From NCBI GenBank assembly GCA_965237905.1, contig OZ250172.1:320001-384000 (forward strand): a DNA stretch of 64,000 nucleotides. Direction: 5' to 3'. Positions 1 to 9,985 of the stretch are shown piece by piece. Both the position numbers and the translations under genes were made by a program. This stretch comes from Nitrospinaceae bacterium. GTDB lineage: Bacteria > Nitrospinota > Nitrospinia > Nitrospinales > Nitrospinaceae. A model generated the notes under the pieces. That model had not been told where the DNA came from, made no database searches, and saw only the letters and a program-made list of their open reading frames with translations. The number at the start of each line of letters is the position of its first letter. Within the stretch, counting starts at the first letter, position 1.

Positions 1-1
1 T

Positions 2-529
2 CCGCTCCGTGTTATCCAGGCTGTTTTACCAAGCATGCGCAAACGTAAATCGGGCTTAATAATTCAAATTTCAAGTGTTGGAGGAAGAACTTATTTGCCT
101 TTTCATGGAACATACAATTCAACAAAATGGGCAGTAGAATCCATCGCCGAAGGTCTACATTATGAATTAGCTTTAGATGGAGTTGATTCAGTTATTATCG
201 AGCCCGGTGCATTTAATACTGAAATAATGGGTAAATTTGCCGCTCCAGATAATATTGAGATTGATGCAGAATATGCTGAATTTAACAAAGGCAAAGAGAT
301 TATGTTTGGACCAATGATGGGGGCCATTACTGCTGACGATGCACCAGGCCCTGTTTGGATTGCGGACGCAGTAAAAAAGTTGGTAGACATGCCTGCCGGT
401 GAACGGCCGATTCGAACTGTCGTTGGCAAAGCCGCAACAGCTGGTGTCCGAGAGTTAAACGAAGCTCAAGCCGTCGCACAAGAACAACATTTAACTGCAT
501 TGGGTTTAGAAAGCTGGAATAAAAACTAA
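2..529 (+). CDS. Short-chain dehydrogenase/reductase (SDR), 5'-truncated by window edge
   Basis: Frame open from base 2 (PLRVIQAVLPSMRKRKSGLIIQISS); catalytic YxxxK (YNSTK) and IEPG motif. Confidence 0.85.
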   Translation, partial: PLRVIQAVLPSMRKRKSGLIIQISSVGGRTYLPFHGTYNSTKWAVESIAEGLHYELALDGVDSVIIEPGAFNTEIMGKFAAPDNIEIDAEYAEFNKGKEIMFGPMMGAITADDAPGPVWIADAVKKLVDMPAGERPIRTVVGKAATAGVRELNEAQAVAQEQHLTALGLESWNKN

Positions 530-561
530 CACAACTTTTTAAAACTAAAGGATATCAAGTC

Positions 562-1313
562 ATGACAAAAAAACTTGAAGCCAAAGTGGCACTTATCACC
601 GGTGGTAACAGCGGAATGGGTTTGGCTGCAGCCAAATTGTTCCAAGCCGAGGGAGCTAAGGTAATCATCACAGGCAGGCGAGAAGATGCCAATAACGCTG
701 CACTCAAAGAAATAGGAGGAGACTGTATAGCCTTCACATCTGACTCTGCCAAACTTGACGACATTACAACGCTATATGAAAACGTAAAAGAGCGCTATGG
801 GAAGATTGATGTCTTATATCTGAATGCTGGTATTGGCCGCTTTTCTCCCTTCAGCGAAGTTGATGAAGCCACTTTTGATGAACTGGTAAATGTGAATTTT
901 AAAGGTCTATTCTTCAATGTTCAAAAAGCATTGTCGTTACTTGGTGAGGGCCTTCGGTGATTCTGACAACGTCTATCGCAGTTCAGAAGGGCTTCCCGGA
1001 AACTGCCGTCTATTCTGCCACCAAAGCAGCCGTCCGATCCCTTGCAAGAACACTTGCTGCCGAATTGGTGGATAGAAAAATTCGCGTGAATGCCTTGGCA
1101 CCTGGATCAATTGACACGCCGATCTTTGAAAATCTGGGCATACCAGATGATGTAGCAAAACAGACGAAAGCGTTCTTTGAGAGTATCATTCCAATGAAAA
1201 GATTGGGCCTTGCGAATGAAATCGCGAAACCGGCACTAATGCTCGCTTCCGATGATTCGTCGTTTATGACCGGATTCGAACTGGTGGTTGATGGAGGGGT
1301 TACTCAACTTTAG
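562..1313 (+). pseudogene. SDR oxidoreductase split by a 1-nt frameshift near 945-957 (pseudogene or assembly error)
   Basis: ORF 562-960 has TGGNSGMG and LNAG; ORF 957-1313 continues with YSATK, NALAPG and C-terminal VVDGG; together they give one ~250-aa SDR. Confidence 0.85.
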
Positions 1314-1329
1314 CTGAAGGAATAAAACT

Positions 1330-1857
1330 ATGACCACACAGAAACTTTTGTCCGGAAGCAAGTTGCCCGAAATCAAGCTTTCACTCGTTGGAGGTGGAAC
1401 TGTCACTTTAGGAATTCCAGAGAAAAATGGCAACTGGCAATTGATTTTCGTTTATCGAGGGAAACATTGTCCCATATGTAAAGAATATTTGAAGAAACTT
1501 CAAACCTTGAACGACAAATTTCTTGCTATAGGTGGTGAGGTGATAGCTGTGTCTGGCGACCCGAAAGAGAAAGCCATGGATATGATGGAAGCCAGTGGTT
1601 TATCATTTCCTGTGGCATACGGACTGTCCATTGAACAGATGCAAGCCCTGGGTCTCTATATTTCCAATCCGCGGTCTCCTCAGGAAACTGATCGGCCTTT
1701 TGCAGAACCTGGAATGTTTGCTGTAAATACTGAAGGTAAAGTTCATTTGATAGATATATCAAACACCCCTTTTAATCGGGCAGACCCGGATGAATTATTG
1801 GATACCGTTGATTGGATCCAGAAGAACGACTACCCGATCCGCGGGACTTATGAATAG
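1330..1857 (+). CDS. AhpC/TSA-family (peroxiredoxin-like) redoxin
   Basis: YRGKHCPIC thioredoxin-fold Cxx[14 protein letters not shown] motifs; AAGGA RBS. Confidence 0.85.
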   Translation: MTTQKLLSGSKLPEIKLSLVGGGTVTLGIPEKNGNWQLIFVYRGKHCPICKEYLKKLQTLNDKFLAIGGEVIAVSGDPKEKAMDMMEASGLSFPVAYGLSIEQMQALGLYISNPRSPQETDRPFAEPGMFAVNTEGKVHLIDISNTPFNRADPDELLDTVDWIQKNDYPIRGTYE

Positions 1858-1876
1858 CAGTCATTCAAGGAGTATG

Positions 1877-3121
1877 ATGATGAATTACTTTAAATCTCAA
1901 AGTCTTATCTTTGTTTTAGTTCTCTTAATGGGGTTCATTTTAAATTCAAGCGCATTTGCCCAGGATTTAAAACACGCCGGCGCTTTGGCATTCAGTCCAG
2001 ATGGTGTTCTATTTGTAGGCGATAACGAGGGAGGAGCGATCCACGCATATCAGATTGGTAAAGGAGAGGCACCTGAAAAACCCGTCCCAATTGATGTCGA
2101 TAATATCGATGCCAGAATAGCAAGCATTCTTGGCGTGGGCCCAAATTTCATCTCAATTAATGACATGGTCGTACATCCTGTAACCCAGGAAGTTTATTTA
2201 TCGGTTACTCGAGGTCATGGTTCTTCAGCCTTGCCAGCTATCGTTAAGGTAGATAGAGAAGGAAATTTAAAAAATATTCACTTTAACAAATTGAAAAATA
2301 CCAAGCAGATCCTTAAGAATATGCCGGATGGCAGCAAGCATTTCAAAGCGAGAGGCATGATGGCAATACCGCCTTCATTAAAAGATATTGCCAAATCGCA
2401 ACAGCCTATGCGCACCCTGGCGATCATGGATATCGAATATTATAAAGGTGAGCTATTTGTAGCGGGTATCTCTAATGAGGAGTTTGCTTCCACTTTAAGA
2501 CGAATGCCTTATCCATTTACCGGGAAGCATACATCCAGCCACATCAAAGTGTGGCATATTGCACATGATCAATTTGAAACCAGAGCGCCCATTCGCACCA
2601 TGGTTGCCAAAAACATTGGCGGCGCCGATTATCTGGTCGCTTCCTACACCTGCTCTCCCATTGTCCTTATTCCTCTAAAAGATCTTCAGGATGGCGCCTC
2701 TGTCACAGGCAGGACGATTGGCGACATGGGCAATGGGCAACCCCTCGACATGGTCCCGTTTAAAAGCAAGATGATGGGCGGCAAAGAGCTTTTGCTTGTG
2801 ACCAGCAACAGCCGGGGGCCGCAAGTTTTTCCTCTGGATGGATTGGCTGGCGCCAAGGTTTATACGGATACAACTCTGAAAAAGGGAATGAAGTTTGATC
2901 CGATGGGCGTATTTCCTATAGGACCCTTGGGTTACACACAGATGTTTGTAGGGTCCTCACTTCAGATGGATCTGCTCAACGACATGTTTTTTGTTTCCTT
3001 AACGCGAGATGCGCAAACAGGCAGTCTTGATTTGGAATCGTTACCGACCTTTTCCCCAGTAAAACTGCATCGTTTATATGCTGAGTATGATTTTCCTGGT
3101 TACCAGGCAAGGGAAAAATGA
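1877..3121 (+). CDS. Exported hypothetical protein, probable beta-propeller (start 1874/1877/1880)
   Basis: AAGGAG RBS at 1867-1872; signal peptide ending AFA; AGALAFSPDGVLFVGD propeller-like blade; long ORF. Confidence 0.7.
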   Translation: MMNYFKSQSLIFVLVLLMGFILNSSAFAQDLKHAGALAFSPDGVLFVGDNEGGAIHAYQIGKGEAPEKPVPIDVDNIDARIASILGVGPNFISINDMVVHPVTQEVYLSVTRGHGSSALPAIVKVDREGNLKNIHFNKLKNTKQILKNMPDGSKHFKARGMMAIPPSLKDIAKSQQPMRTLAIMDIEYYKGELFVAGISNEEFASTLRRMPYPFTGKHTSSHIKVWHIAHDQFETRAPIRTMVAKNIGGADYLVASYTCSPIVLIPLKDLQDGASVTGRTIGDMGNGQPLDMVPFKSKMMGGKELLLVTSNSRGPQVFPLDGLAGAKVYTDTTLKKGMKFDPMGVFPIGPLGYTQMFVGSSLQMDLLNDMFFVSLTRDAQTGSLDLESLPTFSPVKLHRLYAEYDFPGYQAREK

Positions 3122-4263
3122 AAACGTACTTTCCTCCACTATTGCTAGCGGTTCTATTAAGTTTTGGCCTTTGGGGATTCTCTCAAGCTCCCCAAAGGTT
3201 GACGCTGGCCTATGCCGAGGGTGAATCCCCCATTATCTTACCCTTAAACCCTCAGCATATTTCACCAGCAATAGATTGGAAGGACTCATTTATAATCTAT
3301 GTCGATGACGCAAATCTTTGCTGTGATGGAAAGATTCCCGTTCAAGGGAATTATCTTTCCAGCAAAGATGGTGTCACCTTTCAGCCCGATTTCCCCTTTG
3401 CTGAAGGAGTCGTGTACAAACTCAGGATGAAGTCGGAACTGGTAAGCGATCTAAATGGCTTTGCAGTTGAAAGGATCACGGAACAAGGGCAGGAATATAT
3501 TGAGATCAAGTTCTCTCTTTCCAAAAAACAAGCGCAAGGGCATACCCGGGTAGTACAGATCTATCCCCGCAATGAAGACCTTCCTGAAAATTTACTGCGT
3601 TTCTATATCTACTTTTCATCTCCTATGCGTCGCGGTTTCTCTGGCAAAGCCATCAAATTGACAGATGAACATGGCGAAGAAATCAATAATGCATTTATGA
3701 AGTTCAAGCAAGAGCTCTGGAGTCCTGATCAACGAAGATTAACCCTCCTGTTCGATCCGGGGCGCATCAAACGCGGTGTCAGCACAAATCTGCAATTGGG
3801 CTCTGCTCTCCAGACGGGAAAAACATATCGACTTTTGATTGATAAAAAGTGGCTGGACGAGAATGGCAATACACTTAAAGAGGGCTACGAGAAGCGATTT
3901 CGAGTTTTTCCTGCTCTCCGCTCCGTTCCTGATCCAAATCAATGGAAAGTTACACTTCCGGCTGCAAATTCGGTGGAACCGCTTACACTTGAGTTCAATC
4001 GTCCCTTTGATCACGCTTTATTAACAAGGATGATTGAAGTTGATCAAGAGGGACAATTGGTCGCAGGAAGGATCCAAGTTGATGGAATGGAAACTCAATG
4101 GCGCTTTATCCCGTCCTATCCATGGAAAAAAGGAAAATACTCTATCCATGTTAACACTGCTTTAGAGGATATAGCTGGTAATAATTTGCGAGGTCCTATG
4201 GACCGTCCGGTAGAAGACAGGTTGAAAGAAGTTACTAGGATGCAATTGCCATTCAAGATTTGA
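3118..4263 (+). CDS. Exported hypothetical protein with Ig-like (Big_5/CopC-like) domains
   Basis: Signal peptide; repeated beta-sandwich patterns (VTFQPDFPF..G..Y, LTLEFNRPFD, WRFIPSYPW..G.Y, LEDIAGN); ATGA overlap with upstream gene. Confidence 0.65.
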   Translation: MKTYFPPLLLAVLLSFGLWGFSQAPQRLTLAYAEGESPIILPLNPQHISPAIDWKDSFIIYVDDANLCCDGKIPVQGNYLSSKDGVTFQPDFPFAEGVVYKLRMKSELVSDLNGFAVERITEQGQEYIEIKFSLSKKQAQGHTRVVQIYPRNEDLPENLLRFYIYFSSPMRRGFSGKAIKLTDEHGEEINNAFMKFKQELWSPDQRRLTLLFDPGRIKRGVSTNLQLGSALQTGKTYRLLIDKKWLDENGNTLKEGYEKRFRVFPALRSVPDPNQWKVTLPAANSVEPLTLEFNRPFDHALLTRMIEVDQEGQLVAGRIQVDGMETQWRFIPSYPWKKGKYSIHVNTALEDIAGNNLRGPMDRPVEDRLKEVTRMQLPFKI

Positions 4264-4412
4264 AAAATGTGGATTTTTTTTTCAGGAGGCAAATAGTTGT
4301 TAGAAAATTCCTCCCAGAGCAAAGCTGTTTCAGGGGTGGGCCACTTCCCTGTAGCAGACATCCCGGCTACTTTTTCAGAATAAAAAAGAAAAAAAGGAGA
4401 AAAAGAAAAGGG

Positions 4413-4430
4413 GTCAAGTCTCTTCTTGAC
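4413..4430. repeat. Short palindrome GTCAAG-tctctt-CTTGAC after a purine/A-rich tract at the island edge
   Basis: Perfect 6-bp inverted repeat read directly from the sequence. Confidence 0.5.
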
Positions 4431-4469
4431 TACATAAGAAATGCTTCCGAAAACCAACTCAATGGAGTT

Positions 4470-5123
4470 TCACCTGTGTTTGTCCACTCCTATGCGGGGG
4501 CAATGCTTATCGACCGGGCACTGACTGCACAGTGGTGATATTGGTTTGCAGACGGTTTGTCCAAAGCCCACCAGCCACTCGTTGATCCTTTTCCAATATT
4601 TCTGCGGGAGTTTTTTCCGCAAGGCATCTTCCGTTTGATCGGGCGTAGCGGTTTCGACATACCCCCAACGGTTGGCAATCCGGTGCACATGAGTGTCCAC
4701 ACAAATCCCCATACCATCAAACGCCAGGATCAGGGTCAAGTTGGCCGTCTTCCGGCCCACCCCTTTCAAGGTCAAGAGTTCTTCCAGGGTTTCGGGGACC
4801 TGTCCGTTGAATCGATCCATCAAGTCGGAACATAGCGACTTCAGGGCCTTGGCTTTATTCCGGTAGAAAGCCACGGGGTAGATCTCCCGCTCCAACTGCC
4901 GGGTTGATAATTTCAGAAGATCCCAGGGACCCTTCACCCTCTGAAACAACCGGGCACAGGCCGCTTCGGTGACCTCGTCCCGGGTACGGGCACTGATCAG
5001 GCACCCCACCAGAATCCGAAAGGGGTCGGCCTTTTGGCCGATTTTCACCATCGCGGGAGGCATTCTCTGCTCCAGGGACTTCCCGACACGGGCAAGATTT
5101 GCGGCCAGAATGCGATTATTCAT
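4470..5123 (-). CDS. nth: Endonuclease III
   Basis: HhH LKGVGRKTA, VDTHV, C-terminal 4Fe-4S motif CKPISPLCSQCPVDKHC. Confidence 0.93.
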   Translation of the reverse strand: MNNRILAANLARVGKSLEQRMPPAMVKIGQKADPFRILVGCLISARTRDEVTEAACARLFQRVKGPWDLLKLSTRQLEREIYPVAFYRNKAKALKSLCSDLMDRFNGQVPETLEELLTLKGVGRKTANLTLILAFDGMGICVDTHVHRIANRWGYVETATPDQTEDALRKKLPQKYWKRINEWLVGFGQTVCKPISPLCSQCPVDKHCPRIGVDKHR

Positions 5124-5236
5124 AATAAATCAACGGTCAGGGTATAGAAAACGCGCTAAGTTTTTGTTAGTATACCCGATTCACTATTTGGACCTCGCGT
5201 CCGAATGAATCCCAAATTTCAACATTCAGCACGGCA

Positions 5237-5725
5237 ATGCAGCACACAATTTCAGTTTTGGTGTCCAACAAGTTCGGGGTGTTGTCCCGTATTTCAGGCC
5301 TGTTCAGCGGCCGGGGGTTCAACATCGAGAGCCTGAATGTCGCCGAAACCAACGATCCCAATATTTCACGGATGACCATTGTCACCCGCGGCGATGATCA
5401 AAAAGTTGAGCAGATCACCAAACAGCTCAACAAGCTGGTGGATATTATCAAGGTTATCGACCTGACCGAGGAAAATTTTATCGATCGGGAAATGGTTTTG
5501 ATCAAAATGAACGCCGAGCAGAAAAACCGTGAGGAAATTCTGCGCATTGTAGAAATCTTCCGGGCCAAGGTGGTCGACGTCAGTTCATCCACCTACACCG
5601 TCGAAATAACGGGAGACCAGGGCAAACTGAAAGGGATCATGGAGTTGTTACGACCGCTGGGTATCAAGGAAATCGTCCGGTCAGGACGTATCGCCCTCAG
5701 CCGTGGAATGAAATCCATTAATTGA
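5237..5725 (+). CDS. ilvN: Acetolactate synthase small regulatory subunit
   Basis: ACT domain NKFGVLSRISGLFSGRGFNIESL; adjacent to ilvC. Confidence 0.96.
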   Translation: MQHTISVLVSNKFGVLSRISGLFSGRGFNIESLNVAETNDPNISRMTIVTRGDDQKVEQITKQLNKLVDIIKVIDLTEENFIDREMVLIKMNAEQKNREEILRIVEIFRAKVVDVSSSTYTVEITGDQGKLKGIMELLRPLGIKEIVRSGRIALSRGMKSIN

Positions 5726-5757
5726 CTCGACATAAAGGACAGTAAAGGAGAAATCTC

Positions 5758-6759
<1,002 letters not shown>

Positions 6760-6772
6760 CTCCGGGGTCCCA

Positions 6773-7402
6773 ATGAGAATACCCATCGCTTCCGATGGTT
6801 ACAGATTTATCATTCCCCTCGTCATCCTAACAGTCGCACTTGCCCTGTCGCCCCTGATCTGGCTGGCGGGAGTGTCGGGCCTGCTCCTGTTGTTCGTCCT
6901 TAATTTTTTTCGGGACCCGGAACGCGCCATTCCCAATGAGGAGCGGGTCATCGTTTCTCCCGGTGACGGCAAAGTGGTCGAAATCGTTGAGGAAAAGGAT
7001 GCCCTGCTGGACGAGCCCTACCGGCGTATCAGTATTTTTCTGAACGTCTTTAACGTGCACGTCCAACGGACGCCCGTTGCGGGCCGAGTTGAACAGATCA
7101 AATACAACAAAGGGAAGTTTTTAAACGCCGCCAGCCACAAAGCCTCGCTCGACAACGAACAGAATGCCATGATCATCCATACCGGACAGGAAAAGGTTCT
7201 GGTCAAACAAATTGCAGGTTTAATCGCCCGACGTATTGTATGTTGGGCCAAAGAAGGTGATAATTATAGTCTGGGACAGCGGTTCGGCTTGATCCGTTTT
7301 GGCTCCAGAGTCGACCTGTTCTTGCCGTTAAATGCAGAGATCAAAGTTTCCCTGGGCGACCACGTCAGCGGGGGAAGCAGTATCATCGGTTACCTCAAAT
7401 AA
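6773..7402 (+). CDS. psd: Phosphatidylserine decarboxylase proenzyme
   Basis: FFRDPER, IFLNVFNVH, IRFGSRVD self-cleavage motif; paired with pssA. Confidence 0.95.
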   Translation: MRIPIASDGYRFIIPLVILTVALALSPLIWLAGVSGLLLLFVLNFFRDPERAIPNEERVIVSPGDGKVVEIVEEKDALLDEPYRRISIFLNVFNVHVQRTPVAGRVEQIKYNKGKFLNAASHKASLDNEQNAMIIHTGQEKVLVKQIAGLIARRIVCWAKEGDNYSLGQRFGLIRFGSRVDLFLPLNAEIKVSLGDHVSGGSSIIGYLK

Positions 7403-7405
7403 AAA

Positions 7406-8170
7406 ATGAAAAAGGTTCCCAGAGTTCCATTCAAAAAAGGCATCTATATTCTCCCCAGCCTGTTCACCACGGGCAATGTGTTCTGCGGATTTTATGCATT
7501 CATATCCGTCCTGAACGAAAAGTTTTTCGTAGCGGCAGTGGCCATTGTGGTCGCTATTATTTTCGACGCACTGGATGGGAGAGTAGCGCGCCTGACCAAA
7601 ACGACCAGCGCGTTTGGGGTGCAATACGATTCTCTGGCCGATGTGATTTCTTTCGGGATGGCCCCTGCCTTGCTTGCCTATGCCTGGGTATTGAAACCGT
7701 TCGGACGGCTGGGGTGGTTGGCTGCCTTTTTGTTCCTGCTCTGCGGGGCATTGCGCTTGGCGCGTTTCAATGTAACCAAACCGGATACGTCCGGGGACAA
7801 CTTTATAGGGCTCCCCATTCCTGCGGCGGCGGCAGTCATCGCTTCGATCGTCATCGCTTTCGAGGATCTGTTTAAAACCAAGCTCGATCCCATGATCATG
7901 GTTGCGGTGGTTTACCTGCTCGCTTTCCTGATGGTGAGCAATATCAAATACCCCGCGTTCAAGAAATTTGAATTTAAAAAACGGGTGACCTTTACCCGGT
8001 TCATGTTCGTCATTCTGTTTATATATGTCCTGGCCACCATCCCGAGAGAGGCCCTGTTTGTCCTCAGTTTTATTTATGCGATGGCAGGTCCCGGAAATTT
8101 TGTATTCTCTCTTTTCAAGAATTCTGATTCACAGAACTTGAATGAGACGGTCACCAAGCAGGATGAATAA
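7406..8170 (+). CDS. pssA: CDP-diacylglycerol--serine O-phosphatidyltransferase
   Basis: DALDGRVAR...G..YDSLAD CDP-alcohol motif, LRLARFN, GLPIP. Confidence 0.95.
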   Translation: MKKVPRVPFKKGIYILPSLFTTGNVFCGFYAFISVLNEKFFVAAVAIVVAIIFDALDGRVARLTKTTSAFGVQYDSLADVISFGMAPALLAYAWVLKPFGRLGWLAAFLFLLCGALRLARFNVTKPDTSGDNFIGLPIPAAAAVIASIVIAFEDLFKTKLDPMIMVAVVYLLAFLMVSNIKYPAFKKFEFKKRVTFTRFMFVILFIYVLATIPREALFVLSFIYAMAGPGNFVFSLFKNSDSQNLNETVTKQDE

Positions 8171-8241
8171 TGTACGTGGATGTGGTTTTCATTTTTTAGA
8201 TTAACCTGTTTCAATTAATTGCAAGTTTGAAGGCCTGAATT

Positions 8242-9129
8242 ATGTCTTGGTTAGAAAGAATCATATCGAAAACCGGTATGGGGGAAAAAGTCCCCAAAAC
8301 CCTGGAACCGTCGTGGCTCGAGTGCAAAAAATGCAAGGAACAGATCCTTGAAGTGGAATTGGCCGAGAATGCCTACATTTGCCCGAAGTGCGACAATCAT
8401 TTCCGCATGAAGGCCATGGACCGCATCCGGTTATTGGTCAATCCCGATTCGTTCGAGGAACACGATCATAACCTGACCTCCGCCGACCCGATCAAATTCA
8501 AAGACAAAAAGAAATACAAGGATCGCATTAAAAGTTCACTCAAAACCGGAGGAAGTACCGATGCCATTGTATGCGGCACCGGAAAAATCGGCGGCCATGA
8601 AGTGGAACTGTGCGTATTCGATTTCTTCTTCCTGGGCGGCAGTATGGGCTCGGTGGTGGGTGAGAAAATCACCCGCGGTATTGAACGGGCCATCCGCAAC
8701 GAAAGAGCCGTGATCATCGTCAGCTGTTCCGGCGGCGCACGTATGCAGGAAGGTATTCTCTCCCTCATGCAAATGGCGAAAACCTCCGCCGCCCTGCAAC
8801 GCTTGGCGGAAAAACAACTGCCTTACATTTCTGTTTTGGCCGATCCCACTACCGGCGGCGTGTCCGCCAGTTTCGCGTTTCTGGGGGATATCATCATCGC
8901 CGAACCCAACGCCCTGATCGGGTTTGCCGGACCGCGAGTCATCGAACAAACCATCCGCCAGAAACTCCCCGAAGGCTTCCAGCGTTCCGAATTCCTATTG
9001 GAGCACGGTCTCATCGATCAGGTGGTGCACCGCAAAGAATTGCGCAACCACCTGGATAACCTGCTGTGCCACATGAAAAACACCCCCATTATAAAAACTG
9101 ACATTGTAGTAGAAGCCGAAGCGGAATAA
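8242..9129 (+). CDS. accD: Acetyl-CoA carboxylase carboxyltransferase beta subunit
   Basis: Zn finger CKKC..CPKC, GGSMG, SGGARMQEG, PTTGGVSASF, GFAGPRVI. Confidence 0.97.
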   Translation: MSWLERIISKTGMGEKVPKTLEPSWLECKKCKEQILEVELAENAYICPKCDNHFRMKAMDRIRLLVNPDSFEEHDHNLTSADPIKFKDKKKYKDRIKSSLKTGGSTDAIVCGTGKIGGHEVELCVFDFFFLGGSMGSVVGEKITRGIERAIRNERAVIIVSCSGGARMQEGILSLMQMAKTSAALQRLAEKQLPYISVLADPTTGGVSASFAFLGDIIIAEPNALIGFAGPRVIEQTIRQKLPEGFQRSEFLLEHGLIDQVVHRKELRNHLDNLLCHMKNTPIIKTDIVVEAEAE

Positions 9130-9219
9130 CCCCTCTTTTTCAAAGACTTCATATTTTCCTTTGACATTTCATAGATAATAGTAGAATTGGCCTTATCTTT
9201 CGAACTGCACAAAGAAATC

Positions 9220-9903
9220 ATGAATCAGTATTTTGACATTTTAAAACTGCCGCCGGGCGCTTCCTGGAAGGAAATCAAACGCGCCTACAAGTCTGAGGTC
9301 AAGCGCTGGCATCCCGACCGGTTTCCAGCGGATGATACCAAGGCTCAAAAAAAGGCCCACGCGAAATTCCAGAAAATCGGTGAAGCCTACAAGTTCCTGG
9401 AAAAGGTGTATGGCACTCGGTCGCGATCCAGATTTAAGGATGATCAACCTCCCAACTCCGCCCAGCGTCCTTTTTCAGCCGAGGACCCGACCCAGGACAG
9501 GGAAACCGAAAGAGGTCGGCATTCGTCCACCCGAGAGTCCCAGGAAGCACAAGGATTCTTCACCCGTTCCTGGCCCAATGGCGACATGTATGAAGGGCAG
9601 ATCATTAATGAAATGCCGCATGGCATGGGAATCTACACCTCCGCCAACGGCGACAAATATACGGGACAGTTCAAATACGGCAAGGCCGACGGGCAGGGAA
9701 AAATGGTGTACGCCAGCGGGGATTCGTATACCGGTGAGTTCCGGGAAGATACCATGAGCGGCAAGGGGAAATACAACTACGCCAACGGCGACCGGTACAT
9801 GGGCCAGCTCCTCAATGATTTGCCACACGGCGAGGGAGTTCATATTCTGGCGAGCGGCCAGGTCTACGCAGGACAATGGGAATACGGCCAATTGCTGGCT
9901 TAA
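9220..9903 (+). CDS. J-domain (DnaJ-like) protein with C-terminal MORN repeats
   Basis: YFDILKL..IKRAYK..WHPD J-domain; 4-5 MORN repeats (NGDxYxGxF..G..xGxG). Confidence 0.88.
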   Translation: MNQYFDILKLPPGASWKEIKRAYKSEVKRWHPDRFPADDTKAQKKAHAKFQKIGEAYKFLEKVYGTRSRSRFKDDQPPNSAQRPFSAEDPTQDRETERGRHSSTRESQEAQGFFTRSWPNGDMYEGQIINEMPHGMGIYTSANGDKYTGQFKYGKADGQGKMVYASGDSYTGEFREDTMSGKGKYNYANGDRYMGQLLNDLPHGEGVHILASGQVYAGQWEYGQLLA

Positions 9904-9927
9904 CCGCACACTAAAACCTCATCCATT

Positions 9928-9968
9928 AAAAAAAGCGCCCGGCATCATCTGCCAGGCGCTTTTGTTTT
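9928..9968. terminator. Bidirectional intrinsic terminator
   Basis: A-tract + AGCGCC(C)GGCA / TGCC(A)GGCGCT stem + T-tract between convergent genes. Confidence 0.85.
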
Positions 9969-9985
9969 CGTGACTTAGTGAGAAT

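Noticed and set aside
958..960. TGA ending the first SDR half as possible selenocysteine/readthrough
   Set aside because: The continuation is in a different frame, so it is a frameshift and not recoding
9161..9187. TTGACA...TAGAAT promoter before the J-domain gene
   Set aside because: Spacer is only 15 bp; plausible but not well supported
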